DNA from: a virus
Length of the DNA stretch: 64,000 bases
Reading direction: 5' to 3' (one strand)
Virus record (IMG/VR): IMGVR_UViG_3300045988_046609
Shown: positions 10,577-25,600 of the stretch, piece after piece
Layout of the letters: every line of letters starts with the position of its first letter
Position numbering within the stretch: the first letter of the stretch is position 1
Made by a program: the position numbers and the translations under genes
Notes under the pieces: generated by a model
Database searches by the model: none
What the model saw: the letters and a program-made list of their open reading frames with translations, nothing else
What the model was told of the DNA's origin: nothing

Positions 10577-11477
10577 TAGATTAACTACATCTAAAGAAAT
10601 AATTGCTAAAATTATAGCAGATTATGATTTAAAGGAAGACGAAATTAAAATAACAGACATCAAAGAGTGGATTGGTGAAGGTATGGAGAAAATAGGCGCA
10701 GTACAATAGCTTGAACACAAAACAACTAATTTAATAGTTGAGAATTATCAAGCTAAACTGCCTTGTGATCTTTATAGATTGGGACAAGTTGCATTCTCTT
10801 TTGAAAATGGCTGTGGTTGGTTACCAATGAGAAAGGTTACTAACTCTTTTGGTATATATAAGAAATGTAGTGGGTGCAATCCCAAAATGCTAGTACAAGA
10901 TAGTGCCTTGATTCCATTGGTTAAGAATATCTTCAATCTAGATGATGATAAGGAAGCTTTAGAGATACTTAATAGTGATAAGAATATTAAACAAACCTTA
11001 GATGCTTTAGTAAATCAATATACTGTACCTAGTAATAACGGAAGACTGATAATAGGTAATCCGGCTACTTTTAATACCAGTCTACAGTACTCTACTAAAC
11101 CTGGTTACATTACTGTTAATGTGCCGTGTGGTTGGGTTAAAATATCTTATCACGCTATACCTACTGATGAAGATAGTATGCCTATGATACCTGATTTACC
11201 TTCATATAAAGAAGCGTTAATGTATTATATAGGTACAAAAATACTATACGCAAAATGGATAAAGGGGCAACTATCAAATGAAATTTATTATTCTATTAAA
11301 AGATCTTGGAATTTCTATAGAAAGTAGGCTTATGCTGAAGCTATGATGCCTGGTCCAGATGAACTTCACAGTATTCAAAATTAGTGGAACCGTTTATATC
11401 CAGAATTAGGAGAACACGATAGCTTTTTTGAACATTTGGGTGAAGAACAATAGATATATAACTAGAATAATTACTAA
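10569..11477 (+). CDS. virion structural protein (TAG read as sense)
   Basis: ATG 10569 overlaps the GIY-YIG stop (atgattga). Fragments 10524..10709 and 10779..11327 share a frame. Ends at TAA 11475-11477. Confidence 0.6.
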
Positions 11478-11488
11478 AAGGAAATGTT

Positions 11489-14400
11489 ATGAGTAATACT
11501 TTCTAGACAAATAGTTTCATCGAAGGGATGAATTTGGATATTGATATTACTGCTATACCAGAATCACAATACAGGTATGCAGAGAATGTACGTATCCTTA
11601 CTAATAAAGACGGTACTAGTGGAGTACTTTAGAATATACAAAGCACTAGATTGATACAAGGTGGTGATTTCATGGACAGTGACGAGGTAGTATTAGCTAC
11701 AGCCATAATTAATCAATATGGTATCATACTTACTGCAGATCCATATGGTATAACTAGAATATATAGAGTAGAAGGTTACGAAGAAGGATTAATACAGCAC
11801 ACACTAGTATTAAAAGGGAGGCTTAACTATAATAGATTTAGCAGAGTAAAAATAGTCGCTAACTATGAATCTGATTCTATTATTAAAATGTATTTTACAG
11901 ATGGAGAGAGTAGTATTAGATCACTAAATATAATGAGCGATAGATACGTGCAAAACTCTGAAGGTGCTAATCCAGCATTAGATGAAGAAGGTAATATAAA
12001 GAATCCGGATTCGTTGGATATAATACCAAGCACATTGTTAGTTGCTCCTAAAATAGTTAGTCTTGGAACTAATGGGTCATTATTATCTGGACAAGTATAG
12101 TATACTTATCAGTTATATAATGAAAGAGGTTCTAGTACTGGATATGCTCCTGCTAGCAACACTATGCACTTAACATCTAGTAATACTACTACCGATTCTG
12201 CAGAATATCAAGGAGTAAATAAAGATGTCAATACTGGCAAAAGTGCTAATATTGTAATTGATTTATCTAATGTAGTTTCTGGATTATTTGACAAGTGTAG
12301 AATAGTAAGAATACAATATGTGGATAATACCGAAATAGCTAATATAGATGTTATTGACGAAATAGATTTACCTTCTGGCAATTCTTTAACATATACCGAT
12401 TTAGGTAATAAAACGTTGAATACTGTGACTATAGAAGAATTTAACGCTAATATCGGTAGTGATTTCACTGTAGCTACTCTAGAAAAAAAAGATAATATAT
12501 TGTTTGCTGCAGATGTTAGAGAAACTACTTGGAAACCAATGATAAATGGAGAAGAGTATGATGCTAGGTCGTATAGATTTACTGGAAGTAACAAATTAAT
12601 ATTATAGGCAGCTGATTCAGGGTCTAGTATATCTGTTACTCCTACAGATAGTACTTTAAAGTAGGTATTATCATCTATAGATAAAAAACATGATTGTATA
12701 TGTCCATTAAACTTATCAGATTATAAGCTTAATGATAACACTGTTTCAAAATATAAATTTAAGTCTTCTTCAGAATAGTTACTAGTATTAGGCGGCACAG
12801 GCTTAAATATAGATTATGAGTTTATAACTACAGACATAATGTTGGATACTACTCTAGATTATAATTTCATGAGTGTACCTAGAAAATAGGATGAAGGAAG
12901 GGTAATATATCAAGTTAGTGATGGTAGTAGTACTGTAGTAAAATATCCAGAAGTAAAACAAAGAATACCTAATTATTGTGACCCTTATATAGACTCAAAA
13001 TATAAAGGATATTAGAGAGACGAAATATACAGATTTGGTATAATATTTTTTAATAATAAGAATGTCGCTAGTCCTGTTTATTGGATAGCAGATATCAAAT
13101 TCCCGCATTCATTTGAAGTATCTCCTTGGTATTTTTATATGTAGTTTGTAAATGGAAATCTTACTAATTCTATTACATAGGAATTTATAGGTAAAGCTAT
13201 AGGGGTTAAGTTTAATATAAAGAATTTTCCGGACGGAGCTGTGGCATACGAAATAGTAAGATGCAAAAGAACAGCAGAAGATAGAACTGTATTAATGTAG
13301 GGTATATTGTCAGATACTACTGCATTTCCTTGGCCTAATGCTACTACAGGTACATGGCTAAAAAGTGAAATGGATACAAGACCTAGAATACCTCTTGGAG
13401 TTACAGATACTAACATGTCTATATGTGGAGGTGTTAGTTTCTATGATGCACCTACTACTTATAGAGACGGAGAACTTTATTTAAATTAGGATCGTATAGT
13501 TAAAAATATATTCAGTTTAATAACTCCAGAAATAGATTTTACAGGTGATGAAGTTATATCTGAATTAGGTGACAATACTTATCTAGACCTGTGTCATTGG
13601 TGTGACACTAGAATGCCTAACACTACTAGAACTATACCTGTGTTAAACAACCAAAATATAAAGTTAGAGGGATTTGTTAAGTATTTTCAGACTCCGTATC
13701 AGACATATGCTATGAACACACAGACTGCCTACGTTCAACCAAGTTTCTTAGGATCAATATTCAAACAAGATGGATTCTTTTATAATGCGGTTAATATGGA
13801 TAGTTCTGATGATGACGAGATGGTAGTTAATATGATAGGAAAGAGGTATATCACTCACTATCAGAATTTATAGGGTGGAAATAGAATACAATTTGACATA
13901 AATAGAGCAATAACTACTCCTATTATACCTAATGGAGAATTAGGTAATATTCAAGCTTACTATAGAGGCATAGGATCACGTTCCTATTTAAATTTTGGAG
14001 TTATGTGGAATAACTAGGAATAGTTTGATTGGCTTAGCGCAAAAATGTGTTACTTTGGAAGTTGTGCTGTAGTAGAACTAGATGGTTATTTTCCTAGACA
14101 ACATTCTATTGCAGTAGATGATAAGATAGCTGTGGGAGAAGGGGTTAAGAGTTTGATAAATTTCTATAATCATACTCCTTTCTCAACTCCTGTAGTAAAT
14201 ATAAAAAGGAGAATTGTTCCTTATGGAGGTAATAATTATAATGCTAGAAGCAATTCTACATATATATCCACATCATCATATAAGTTAATATCTGAAGTAG
14301 ATAGTAATGTTAACTATGTATTCGGGGGAGATACCTATCTTGGAGTATTAGATCATAGAACTGGCTCACCTATTGCAGACGGGCAAGGAGGAGGAAAGTA

Positions 14401-15661
14401 TGATAGTAGACAAACTAAAGTGAGTTTAAGTGACTACATTCCGTTAGAAACTACTATCAATCTAAATCTTGCTTATGGTGAAAGTATGAGTAGACAAAGA
14501 GGAAATTGTCCTAATCCATACTTAACTAATTATATACATGGTTTAGGTTTTTCTAATTAGACTAAACCGTATTATGCATATAACGATGTATACTCATTAT
14601 AGCCTAGTACACAGATGTATGTGGCAGATTCTACTACTTCTATGGCTAACTTAAGGTTGCCAAACAAAATAATTTATTCTGAGACTAAAACGGCTAATGA
14701 GATTACAGATAGTTGGGCTCAGTTTAAACCTGCCAATTATATGGAAGTAGATAGCCAATACGGACCTGTTACTAATATGAAAGCTTTCGGAGATAAGTTA
14801 TTCTTCTGGCAAGATTCTGCATTAGGAATAGCATCTGTAAATGATAGATCTTTGATTACAGACAATAATGTTAGTACTCTTACTTTAGGTACTGGAGGAA
14901 TCCTTACTAGATACGATTATGTATCTACCAATAATGGATCTTCTATATCTAACGATTAGAGTATAGTAGCATCAGATGCTTCTCTATATTGGTATGATAC
15001 GGATAAGAATGAGATATGTTCTTTTTCTGATAGGATACATAAGTTATCTAAAGAAAAAAATGTATAGACTTACTTGAATAACAATCCAGATATTCAAGTA
15101 CGTACTAGCATATACGATAACAAATTTAATGAAGTACAGATGTGCTTCGATAATGCAGTACTAGTATTTAATGAATATACTTAGAGGTTTACTTCATTTT
15201 ATACGTTTAATCCTAAAGCTCATCTCAGATTTTCTGATAAGTTATTGTATATATACAATAATAAGATAATGGAAAATGCAGATTTTCCGTTAAATACTAT
15301 GTAGTCTAAGTTACAATATGTAGTTAATAAAGATCCATTAGTAACTAAAACATTTGATAATGTTTTCTTCAGTGGCTAGTTCAGAGATATAAATAGCATG
15401 TTAATAGATGCAAAGTTTACTACTAAGAATTAGGTTGGTACTATATAGGAAAACTATCTAACTGGAGGATATGCTATAGATTATAGAGAAGATACTTATA
15501 GGTTTGCTATAGGTAGAGAAGACACTCATGAAGATGAATTATCACTGCCTGGTAGGTTAAGAGGCAAATATTTGATATGTGATTATACTATTAATTGTGA
15601 TAATCAACATAATTTCAATCTTCCAAATATTAATACAACATATAGATACTCATTAGTATAA
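11489..15661 (+). CDS. large tail protein, 1390 codons (TAG read as sense)
   Basis: Six ORF-track fragments (11651, 12164, 13307, 13613, 14045, 14615) are all in frame 2. Gap 12608-13307 was read by hand: only TAG interruptions. Ends at TAA 15659-15661. Confidence 0.7.
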
Positions 15662-15663
15662 TC

Positions 15664-17805
15664 ATGAAAAGTAAAAGAAAAATTAAAGGTATTAAGAAAT
15701 ACCAATACGGTGGAGTAGATTGGCAACGTTAGATGACAGAATAGTTATTAGGAGTACCTAATTTTTCTAAGTATGGTCCTAATGCTGCTCAAAGAGCATC
15801 TCTTGGGCCTACTGGAAATACATCTACTTCTACTAATAATATAAATATTACAGATATATTAGGCAAAGGTTCAGATATAATAGGAGGTGTGACTAATATG
15901 GCCAGTATGTTAGCCGGTCCTTCTACAGCTACTACTAAAGGAGAAGCAGTACAACAATCAATACAAAATGTAATAGGAGGTGCTGCTACTGGAGCTCAGA
16001 TGGGATCAGTTGCTGGTCCAGTTGGAGCTATTGTAGGTGGAGCTGCAGGATTTGCTACAGGATTAGTAGGTAAGAAGGGTAAAATATCAGGTGGTGGATT
16101 TTATGAAGATCCTACTCTTACTCTGGGTACAGGCATACGAGGAGCTATTGGTAATAAGGGTTTAAAACGTAGGTACGAAGCTGCTAAAACTTTAGCGGGG
16201 CAACATAGAATTGGAGCTAGTATTGGAGCGCAATCTCAATAGGAATGGGATGAAGATTATGATCAAAATGTGTATACCATGGAGTCTGGAGGTTAGATTC
16301 CTTCTAGCATGGCATATGTAGACGATGGAGAACTAATCAACACACCTCAAGGACAGATACTAGAAGTTCCAGAGGAGGGAAAACCAACAGATAGTAATTT
16401 AGTAAATTTACCGGAAGGTAGTAGAGTATTGAGTGATACATTAAAAGTACCAGGAAGTAAAGAAACATTTGCACAAATGGGTAAAAGATTGATGTCTAAA
16501 CAGAAGACAAAAGGTAAAGATAAATATGCAGAGAATTCTGCAATGCTTAACGAAATGAACGATTAGGATATTCATGACGAGTTGTTTACTATTCAAGAGA
16601 TAATCAAGAATAAAAGATCTAAGGTTAAGAACGGTATATAGGCAGCAGCAGACGGTGACATAATTACTAGAAACGGAAGAGAATGGATAAGAGATAGCAA
16701 GACTGGGTATTATATTCCATACAAAGGATAGTCTGTTGGTGGTATATACGATATACAACCCAACATTAACATAGATAAGTTGGTCAGTGGTTATTCTTTT
16801 GGTAACAACTTACCGACGTTTGAAGCTAATAATATAAATTTCTCAAACAATTCCTTAAAAAAGAATGTTTGGCCGTCTACTCCATCTATTACTCCTAGTC
16901 AACAAAATACTGCTAAAAGAATATCCGTTAGCACTCCTATAGCTACTACCTATAACATGGCGACAGCTATTCCGGATACTAAAAAATTATCCTCTACGAG
17001 TAAGAAACCTATAATTTCTCCTGCTATTAACAAAGTTGTAGCTAGAAGTATAGAACCTATCACCAATGACCTAGATCTAAGTAGCGAAACAATATCTAGA
17101 GTAGAAGATGAGGCTATACCATATGAACCTATAATTTCTACAGTAGTAAATAATCAGAATAAAAAAGATAACAATAACGAGAACCCTCCTAAAGATAAAA
17201 ATGATTGGAGAAAAATTTTAGGAGATATCACTTCTAACATATCACAAATAGCTCCGATATTTTCAAATCTAATGGCAAATCCAGAAAATTTTGAAGCTGT
17301 ATACAATCCGTATGCTGATAATATTATAAGAACAATGTCTGGTAGAAAATTTGATATTGCACCAGCTAAGAGAGCTATACGAGAAAATAGAGCTATATCA
17401 AATTATAATGCCTCCCAATACAATCCTACCACAGGAGCTAATTTAGCATATAGACTATAGAGTCAAATAGCAGCTAATAAAGCTATTGCGGATTTATACT
17501 CTACTGCAAGTAATGTTAACAATCAATATGCGGGAGAATATGCTAATACTTTAAACAGTCTCGGACATCAAAGAGTTAATGCTACTAATATGGCTGTTGA
17601 CATGAATGCTAGAAGTAGAGCTACTGCTAGAAATATTCAGATAGCAGCTTTGAGTCAATTAAGTCAATATGCTCAGAATAAGCAATTAATGAAGAATCAG
17701 GAAAGTAGAGATATGGCTATGTTAGATATGTATGGACCATTTCTTGAAGCTGGTTATAGTTCTAAAGATTTTGCATCATTTATGAAAAAATTTAAGAAAG
17801 GATAA
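15664..17805 (+). CDS. Gly/Ala-rich internal virion protein, 713 codons (TAG read as sense)
   Basis: Fragments 15889, 16309, 16780 and 17590 are all in frame 1, starting at ATG 15664, 2 nt after the previous stop. Confidence 0.65.
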
Positions 17806-17807
17806 TT

Positions 17808-19607
17808 ATGGCAGCGAATATGTATGATCAAGCCGCATAGGCTCAATTTATAAATACTTATGTACCTATTAATTTTGGAGAGTTATATAGAATAGGTGCA
17901 GCACAGAAAGCTGCTGTAGATGAAGCAGCTCAATAGTTTGGAACATAGTTATAGAAGTTTGGAGAATTTAGAGCTCCATCCACAGTAGATACTGAAAATT
18001 ATTACAATCTCACTACAAATAGAAGTGACTTTCAAGATGCAATTACTCAAATAGCTTCAAACCCCGATTATCTTAAGGATGCAGCTAATAGAGCGCACTT
18101 ACAGTCGTTAATAAATAGTGTAGACTACTCCGCACTTAGCCGGCTGAAAGAGAGTGCTGATTACTAGAGAACGGGGCTACATATTAGGGCTAAGATGAAA
18201 GCCGAAGGTAGACTCAAAGACAGTTGGGACAAGTCAGATATAGCTAACTACGATACTCTAGGTACTGGTAAAATATTTGATGATATTACTCCAGTAGCTT
18301 ATATGAATCTGAATGAACTTAGTACTCCTTACTTTAATGATCTGAAACCGGGTTTCTTAGGTACGGATTATGTGAATGGTACTAGATATGTAGTAACTGG
18401 TAATAATATGGAAGATCTTATGGCAGTAGCTACAGCTAAGTTCAATGATTTAATTGATACTCCTCAGGGTCAAAAGTACTTTGAAGAGTATTTAGCTATG
18501 AATAACGGTGATGCAAATGCTGCCAAATCTCAATTTATTAATGCAGTAGCTCAATCACAGATTGATAGAACTCGTAGACCTAAGTATGATGTAGACCCTG
18601 CTTTCATAGAACAGTTGGGATATAGTTTAAAGGCGAAAGCTGCTAGAGCTTCAGAAGCAAGTCAAGCATTGCCAGACTTATCTAGAATACTAGCTACTAC
18701 TACTGTACAAAATAACTTAGCTACTCTTGGAGGTTTAACTCCTGAAGAGAGATCAGCAGTTGCTAGTGGACAAGCTAATTCTGAAGTATATCAGAAAGCA
18801 AGTAGAAATATGAGCAATAACCTCAAGACAGCGTGGAATAGTTTGAGTAAAGCTTCCGGAATAAACAGTGCTTCTAGAAAACTATTAGATATGATTAGTC
18901 AACCTCTATCTAAAGAAGTAGACACTAGCCTACTTGTAGAAGGTGGTGGAGAAGTTCTAGGTAAAGATGCAAAGCTTACCAATAGTACAGCTAGTATGAC
19001 ACTTGGTACAGATATGACGTTTGGATTACTTGGATATGAGAATGGAGCTCTAGGTTATACATTGAGTAACATGTAGAATGCTTCAGATGAAAAACAAAAG
19101 AAAGCTTGGAAAGACAGATCTGTAGCAATGGCTACTATTCAACAAGCTTGGTACAACGACCAATTTAGAGATGTTATTGTTAAAGGATCTGGTCAAGTAC
19201 TCAGTGACAATAATGAGGTATACCACAAACGTAAGGTATACATACCTATAGGTCAATTAAGAAACATCGGTTTTGAATCAATTAGTAAAGGAGACTTCTC
19301 TAAGTTAATCGGTAGTAAAGTAGTATCTCTGGGAGATATTATAGATAAACAGTAGATAGAAATCAAACAAGAATATGATCCAGAAACTGGAGAAGTATTA
19401 AAAGGAGAAACTACTAAGAAGTTAACTAGAAAGAAATTGGATGACTCCGCTCTGTATGTAGAGTTTGATGCTGCCTATCCTCTATAGATAGGTAATAATG
19501 AAGCTACTATTACCAGAAATGCCAACTACGAACGACAAGTCAGAACTCTTGGAACTAAAGAAAAATATTTATAGGCGGAAGATTCAGCTAACAGATATCT
19601 AAGATAA
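17808..19607 (+). CDS. virion protein, 599 codons (TAG read as sense)
   Basis: ATG 17808. Fragments 18195 and 19128 are in the same frame. Ends at TAA 19605-19607. Confidence 0.65.
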
Positions 19608-19608
19608 T

Positions 19609-22600
19609 ATGGAAGATAACAAATTCATGGTAGGCGCTCCCAAAATGAACGCCATGACTTATGGTTCTATGGATACCATGCAAAATATACCTACTACTTC
19701 TGAGAGGAAATAGTAGGTATAGGAGTATGATTATGATATACCTTCTAATTTAGCGGATATATATACTAGGAGTATATCTAGGAATGATGATTCTGATAGT
19801 ACAAAAAGTAAAAACGATAGTAACAGATCATGGGGAACACCTTTTGCTCCAAATCTTTTTATAGCTATAAAAGGAGCTTATGATCTATACAATAGTTAGA
19901 TAGGGTAGTCTATTGTAGAAAAAGCAGTAGAAACAAATATCAAATCCTTAGAAGGTGATTTGGCCAGAAAAGAACTACGTACTATGCAAAGCATAGAGTT
20001 CTTGAAAGACTATGAAGAGAAACTACAAAAATTAAATCAGATACAAAGTACAGGAGAAGGTGATCCATAGGAAGCAACCCAGTTATAGACGTATTTGGAT
20101 CAGAATGCTTAGACTTATGAGTTATTAATAAAAGGTAACAGTAAGTTAGCTCCTCTGTACTACGATGGATTTGAAACAAACAGTATTACTGGAAAGAAAA
20201 CAACTTCCATAGGGCTGCAAGTAGATTCTAAGAAAATACCATTATGGGATAGACTTATGCTTATTCTATCTACTGTGTTCGATAATAAAGCTGAAACATA
20301 CGAAGAGTATGTTAAAGCTGGTTACGGGGACGCTGTATTAAATGTTAAGCCTAAAAAAAGTGTATGGAATAATCCTGATAGAACTGGTATTATAAACAGT
20401 TTACAGAAGGTATACGATGATAGTATAACATCTCAAGAACTTAAAGTACAAAAGATTAAAGACCGCCAAAGTATATTAAAAGAAGGTAGCTGGTTCTTTG
20501 ATCCTAATCAAATATCCCCAGAGTTTAGAGAGAGAGTAAACAATAATGAATTTGCTTGGGGGGATCTAGAATCTTATCCTTACGCAATACCATAGTTGGG
20601 TTCTTCTTTAGGAGAAATTGCTTCTACTGTAGAAACTGCTACTCTTGGTAGATTAGTAAGTATGGCTGCAAAAACTGCTGCTAAGAGAGGAAATCCCTAT
20701 TCGGCTGCTTTATTAGCTATTGGGGAATTTGGTTTAAATGCGGCTAACAGTTATCATCAACGTACTCAAGAAACCAATGCTGAAGTGTTTGATACTTACT
20801 TGAATAACATAGTAAATCAAATGGATTCAGGTAATCTGGACGTAAATAGAATATTAGACCAAGGTATTGAAAAACTATAGGTTAGAGGGATTAATACAGA
20901 TGAAATGACCATGCCGTAGATTCTTGAAGATATGCTTCTGTACAATATCAAAACAGATGATCCTAACTTTGAGAATATCAAACTTAGTGCATACAATGGT
21001 CTGGATAATGTCGTTACTTCTAATATGGCTTTAGGAGTATGGGATGCCATGGATATGGCTTTATACTCTTATGGAGGTAAACTCGCTGTGAAATCAGCAA
21101 AAGAGTTACTTAAACAAGGAGGTAAAGGATTAGCAAAAGCTACTGGACTTACTAAGGTTGCGAATATAGCTGATAAGTTTATAGATAACAGAATAAACAA
21201 AGCTCTATACAGAATGGCTTCTAAAGACGTATTTAAAGCCAATAAGTATAGAGATGTACTTAATACTGTAGTAGGTTTAGGTACTAAACTTGGAGTAACA
21301 GCATTCGGAGGAGGTACAGAAGAAGGACAGCAGTACTTAATTCAGAGAGATTACGAATTAAGTACTAAGTATGATCCTAAAAAGATGACATTGCTGGATG
21401 CATTCTTTAAGAATTTCCAATATGGTGCAGAAGCCAACATGGCTCTGATGGGTTTACATCCTGATGAAGCTTTAAATAATGATAAAGAACTAGAGCAGAA
21501 CATGAAAGTTGGTGCTCTTATCGGTTTGTTAATGGGTGGCGCTGGTACTACTATATCTGATGGTCATCAACTTATTAGAGATGTGAAATCTAATAAGATA
21601 TTGCGTAATATGGCGGCTTATGACATTAGTAATAAAGAAGAAGATGTTAAGGTAGACAGATGGTATAATGCAGTAAAGAAGGGCTATACTCAAGATGTGA
21701 TTCAGAATCTTCAGGACATTAGAGATAGATTTACTCCAGAAGGTCTTACTCAAGAAGATATAGATGAAGATATTAAGAAAGCTAGACAGTTAGAGGGTAT
21801 ATACTATAATCCTAATGTATCTGAGAACTTAGATCAATTAGGAATTAGAGTAGGCAGTGAAGAGCATAAAACGTTTGCTAAGAATGCAATGAAGGCATAC
21901 GACTTAGAACGTGTATTTAACTCTCAAGCTAAAGATGTTAACAAGAAACTCGCTGAAAAAGTAAATCAAGTATATAGTTCTGATGAGTTTAAAAACGCAG
22001 TAGATGAGTATTGGAATAATCTATCTGATGCAGAAAGAGAAGCATGGGGAGTTAAAGAGAACCTAGTTAGCATAGTAAGAGACGCCCAGTAGGCATTCAC
22101 TACTCTTAACGTTCTTAATAAGCTGAAGAAACAGCTCAAAGATATGCAATCCTTTATTGCTCAAGCAAAGAAAAACGGTTTGGATGTTAGTGACGAGAAT
22201 ATAGCTTCTGTAGTATATCACATTAATCGTAAGCAGAAATAGTTAGAAGATGCTACTAAGAAGGATAAGTAGATGTTCAAATAGCTTAAAGATACATTTG
22301 GAATCAATACTGATCCAGAACTAGAACAATTGATAGCTGATGAAAATATAATTGTTGGATTACTTAGTAAGGCTGTAAACAGACGTGCTGCATATTAGAA
22401 CGGAGTAGTACTTAGAACTGATATGAACAGACGCGCTGACTTCAATATTCGTAACTGGTCACAGTTATCAGAACAAGAACAACAAGAAGTACGTGATAGA
22501 TATACAAAGGAAGCACAAGACAACGGTCAAGAAACTCCTAGCGATAGATCTATAATTGCTAGATACAATAGAGACGTACAGCAAAATGATATTATAGACA

Positions 22601-25600
22601 AGTCTGTAAATGCTGCTAGAAAGTATGCTAATGATATTATTAAGGCAGATCTTGATAGATATACTTAGAATGACAGATCTTATAGTGAAGTAAGCGAAAT
22701 AGAGGATGCTCAGAATGAGGACACACAAGATACTCAAATGACATCAGAAGAAGAGCCCGACTTTACTCCGACTGGAGAAGGGGATAACTCTGGATCTCAG
22801 ATAGCGTCAACTGACTTAGATGTCAAGTAGAGAGAAGAAGAGACTAGTTTGGTGAAGGATGTATATACCGAATCTGAAGAAGATAAATTAACTAATAAAG
22901 ATGAAGAGACCGGAGACATAGAAGAGATGGATATAAGTGATCTGGTTACTGTAGCAGATGATGCGGAAGATGTTTCAGATAAAAGATCCGCTGAAGATGT
23001 AACTGAGGAAGATATAACTGGAGATACTAAAGACGATACACAGGATAAGATAGATATGGAGAATCTTATGGATGCATCTAACTTTAGAGATCCTAATGAT
23101 GACTTCGGTTTAACATCTGATGATAATCCTTTCTTAGATCCTCAAACAGAACCTGAGATTCCAGATGCTATAAAAGCTACTATGATAGAAGATCAACCAG
23201 AAGAACTTCCTTTCATTGATCCGGTAGCTCTAGAAAGATCAGCAAATAAAGCATTTCCTGATGCCGAGGACTACTTTATAGATAATCAAGGTAGAATGTT
23301 CTTGAATGGTAAAGAGGTTACTAAAGAACAGATTGAGAAAGAGAATCTAGCTGAACAATACTCTGATGATTCTACTAAGACTCTATCGGAAAAAGCTAAT
23401 GAACAGGAGAAGGAAAAGGGTATAGTACCAGGTCTTTCGTCTTCTACTAGCATAATGAATAGTTGGTTAGTAGGAAGAACACTGTTCTATAGACCAGATG
23501 CTACTAAGCCTATGGATCTTCCATTCAAAGTAAAAGGAGCAAAGAATATACACTCAGGAAAGGAGTTAGGAGAGGCTATGGGTGACCCTAATTTCTTATC
23601 TGATGCTAAGGTATACTTTGTTCCGGGACCCACTATGTCCTCAAATGAAGCTGCTTTTGATCCTAATGATCCTACTACATACAGAAATGCAGCCGTATAC
23701 ATGATCATAGACAAGAATGGAGAGATATATGCCGCAGCATATAGAAGCAACGCTAAAGCTGCAATCGACTATCAACACAGACTAGGTAGTGTACCTAAAG
23801 AGTCTAAAGCTGCTGAAGACTTAAATACTCTTGCTGCTCAAAAAGAAAAAATAGTATCTTTCTACTTATAGAAATGTAAGAAGGACAAGAATGGAAAATA
23901 TGTACTACCAGAGGAAGGTCTTACTCATGTAGTACCTACTCAAGTAAATGTATCTAATGGTACATTTAATAACCAAAAAGATGGTAATAAACCTATCTTC
24001 AGAAAGTTATCTGAATGTAAAACATTCCAGATTCCTTTGGATCCTAATAAGATACTGACTGAATGTACATTTGGTTATGGAGTTGGTGGTATTCAAGTAG
24101 GTTATAAGGCGGATCCGTTTGCTATCAAACAGTTAGGTACTGATGAAGTATTAGCTAGTGGTGGAGGATTTGCTGGCAAGATGGTTATATTTCCAAAGCC
24201 TTCTGCTACTCCAAGAGGTAGATATACTGTTCCAGTATACTTGAGTGAAAAATTCTTTAGAGACGAAAGTATTAAGAAACCTTCTGACATTAAGTTGAGA
24301 AGTCACGATGAAGCTGGAAATCCTACTCCTAATGGATAGTATTCTAACTTTATGGAATATGTACTTGATTTGATTACAGATGGTGATCCGTATGGAGTAT
24401 TACCGTTGATAGTTAATCAAGGCGAGAAAACACGTCTATCAGCTAAGAAATAGGAAGAAGTACAGTTCCTAGCTAAAAAGCAATTAGGCTTTGACCCTGA
24501 AACAGAATTGTTCTACTTTGCTAGTCCTAGAAGTGATAGAAATGGTCTATACTTTAGAACTGATGTACCATTAAGCGAAGTAAAGACTAACCCAATAGCT
24601 AGGAAGGCTATCTTGTGGTATATGATGTAGAACTACCACTGGAACATGGATAAGAATGTTCTTAGTCAATCTTTACCAGAAAGACTTAGAGATCTTGCAG
24701 TTCGCGTACTTAAACCGAGAGATGAAAAACTAGTGCTGTATCCAGGAGAGCTTGAGTTTACTTTAGCTGAATTAGGTATCTCAGAGAAAGAAGGCAAACT
24801 AGTAAAAGACAAAGTCGCTCCACCGGCAATAGCTTGGGTGGTTAATAGTGGTAAATTGTTAACTGATGTGGGTGACTATGCCTTTAGAGACGGTTTTATA
24901 TACGCAGAAGACATAACTGTGAATGAAGCTCAGACCCCAGTATCAGTATCTACTGAACCGATTAGTGTAGCACAACCTGTTGAGACTAAACCAGAACCAG
25001 TAAAAGAACCAGAAGTACAGCCTGAAAAACCAGTAGAGGAAAAGGTAGAAGAACAACCTAGAGTAAAACCTACTTCTGAGAATCGTTAGAGTAGAAGAGC
25101 TAAGGCTCAAGAGCTAGTAAAATCTCTTAAACAGCCTGACGCTAGTGCACCTAAAGTAGCTAGATATATGACTAGTGAGGAACGCGAACAATTCGCTGCT
25201 TCTCTTGGTCAGAAGGTATCTAAGGAAAACTTCGTATATTTATATGATTTGGATGGTAAACCTCAGATGTTCATCAAATCTATGTTAGAGAAGGTATTCA
25301 AAGAAGTTGGATTAGAACCTACTTTCTATGTTACTGGGATGTATTCTACTGAGGAAAATGAAGTGAATAGAATATCTCAAGACTTACGTGAAGCTAAATC
25401 TTGGTTAATGGATAAACTAGGTTTATCTGTAGATCAAGTAATGGTATTCAATGGAGTAATGAGAGCCGCTTCCAATGGTCCTAGAGTATATGGTGTTACT
25501 AGATTAGCTGCTAACGGAATAGGTAATATTATCCTTGGACAAGGTGCTGGGAAAGGTATTCAGTATCATGAAGCTTGGCATTATATAAACCTACTTGTAC

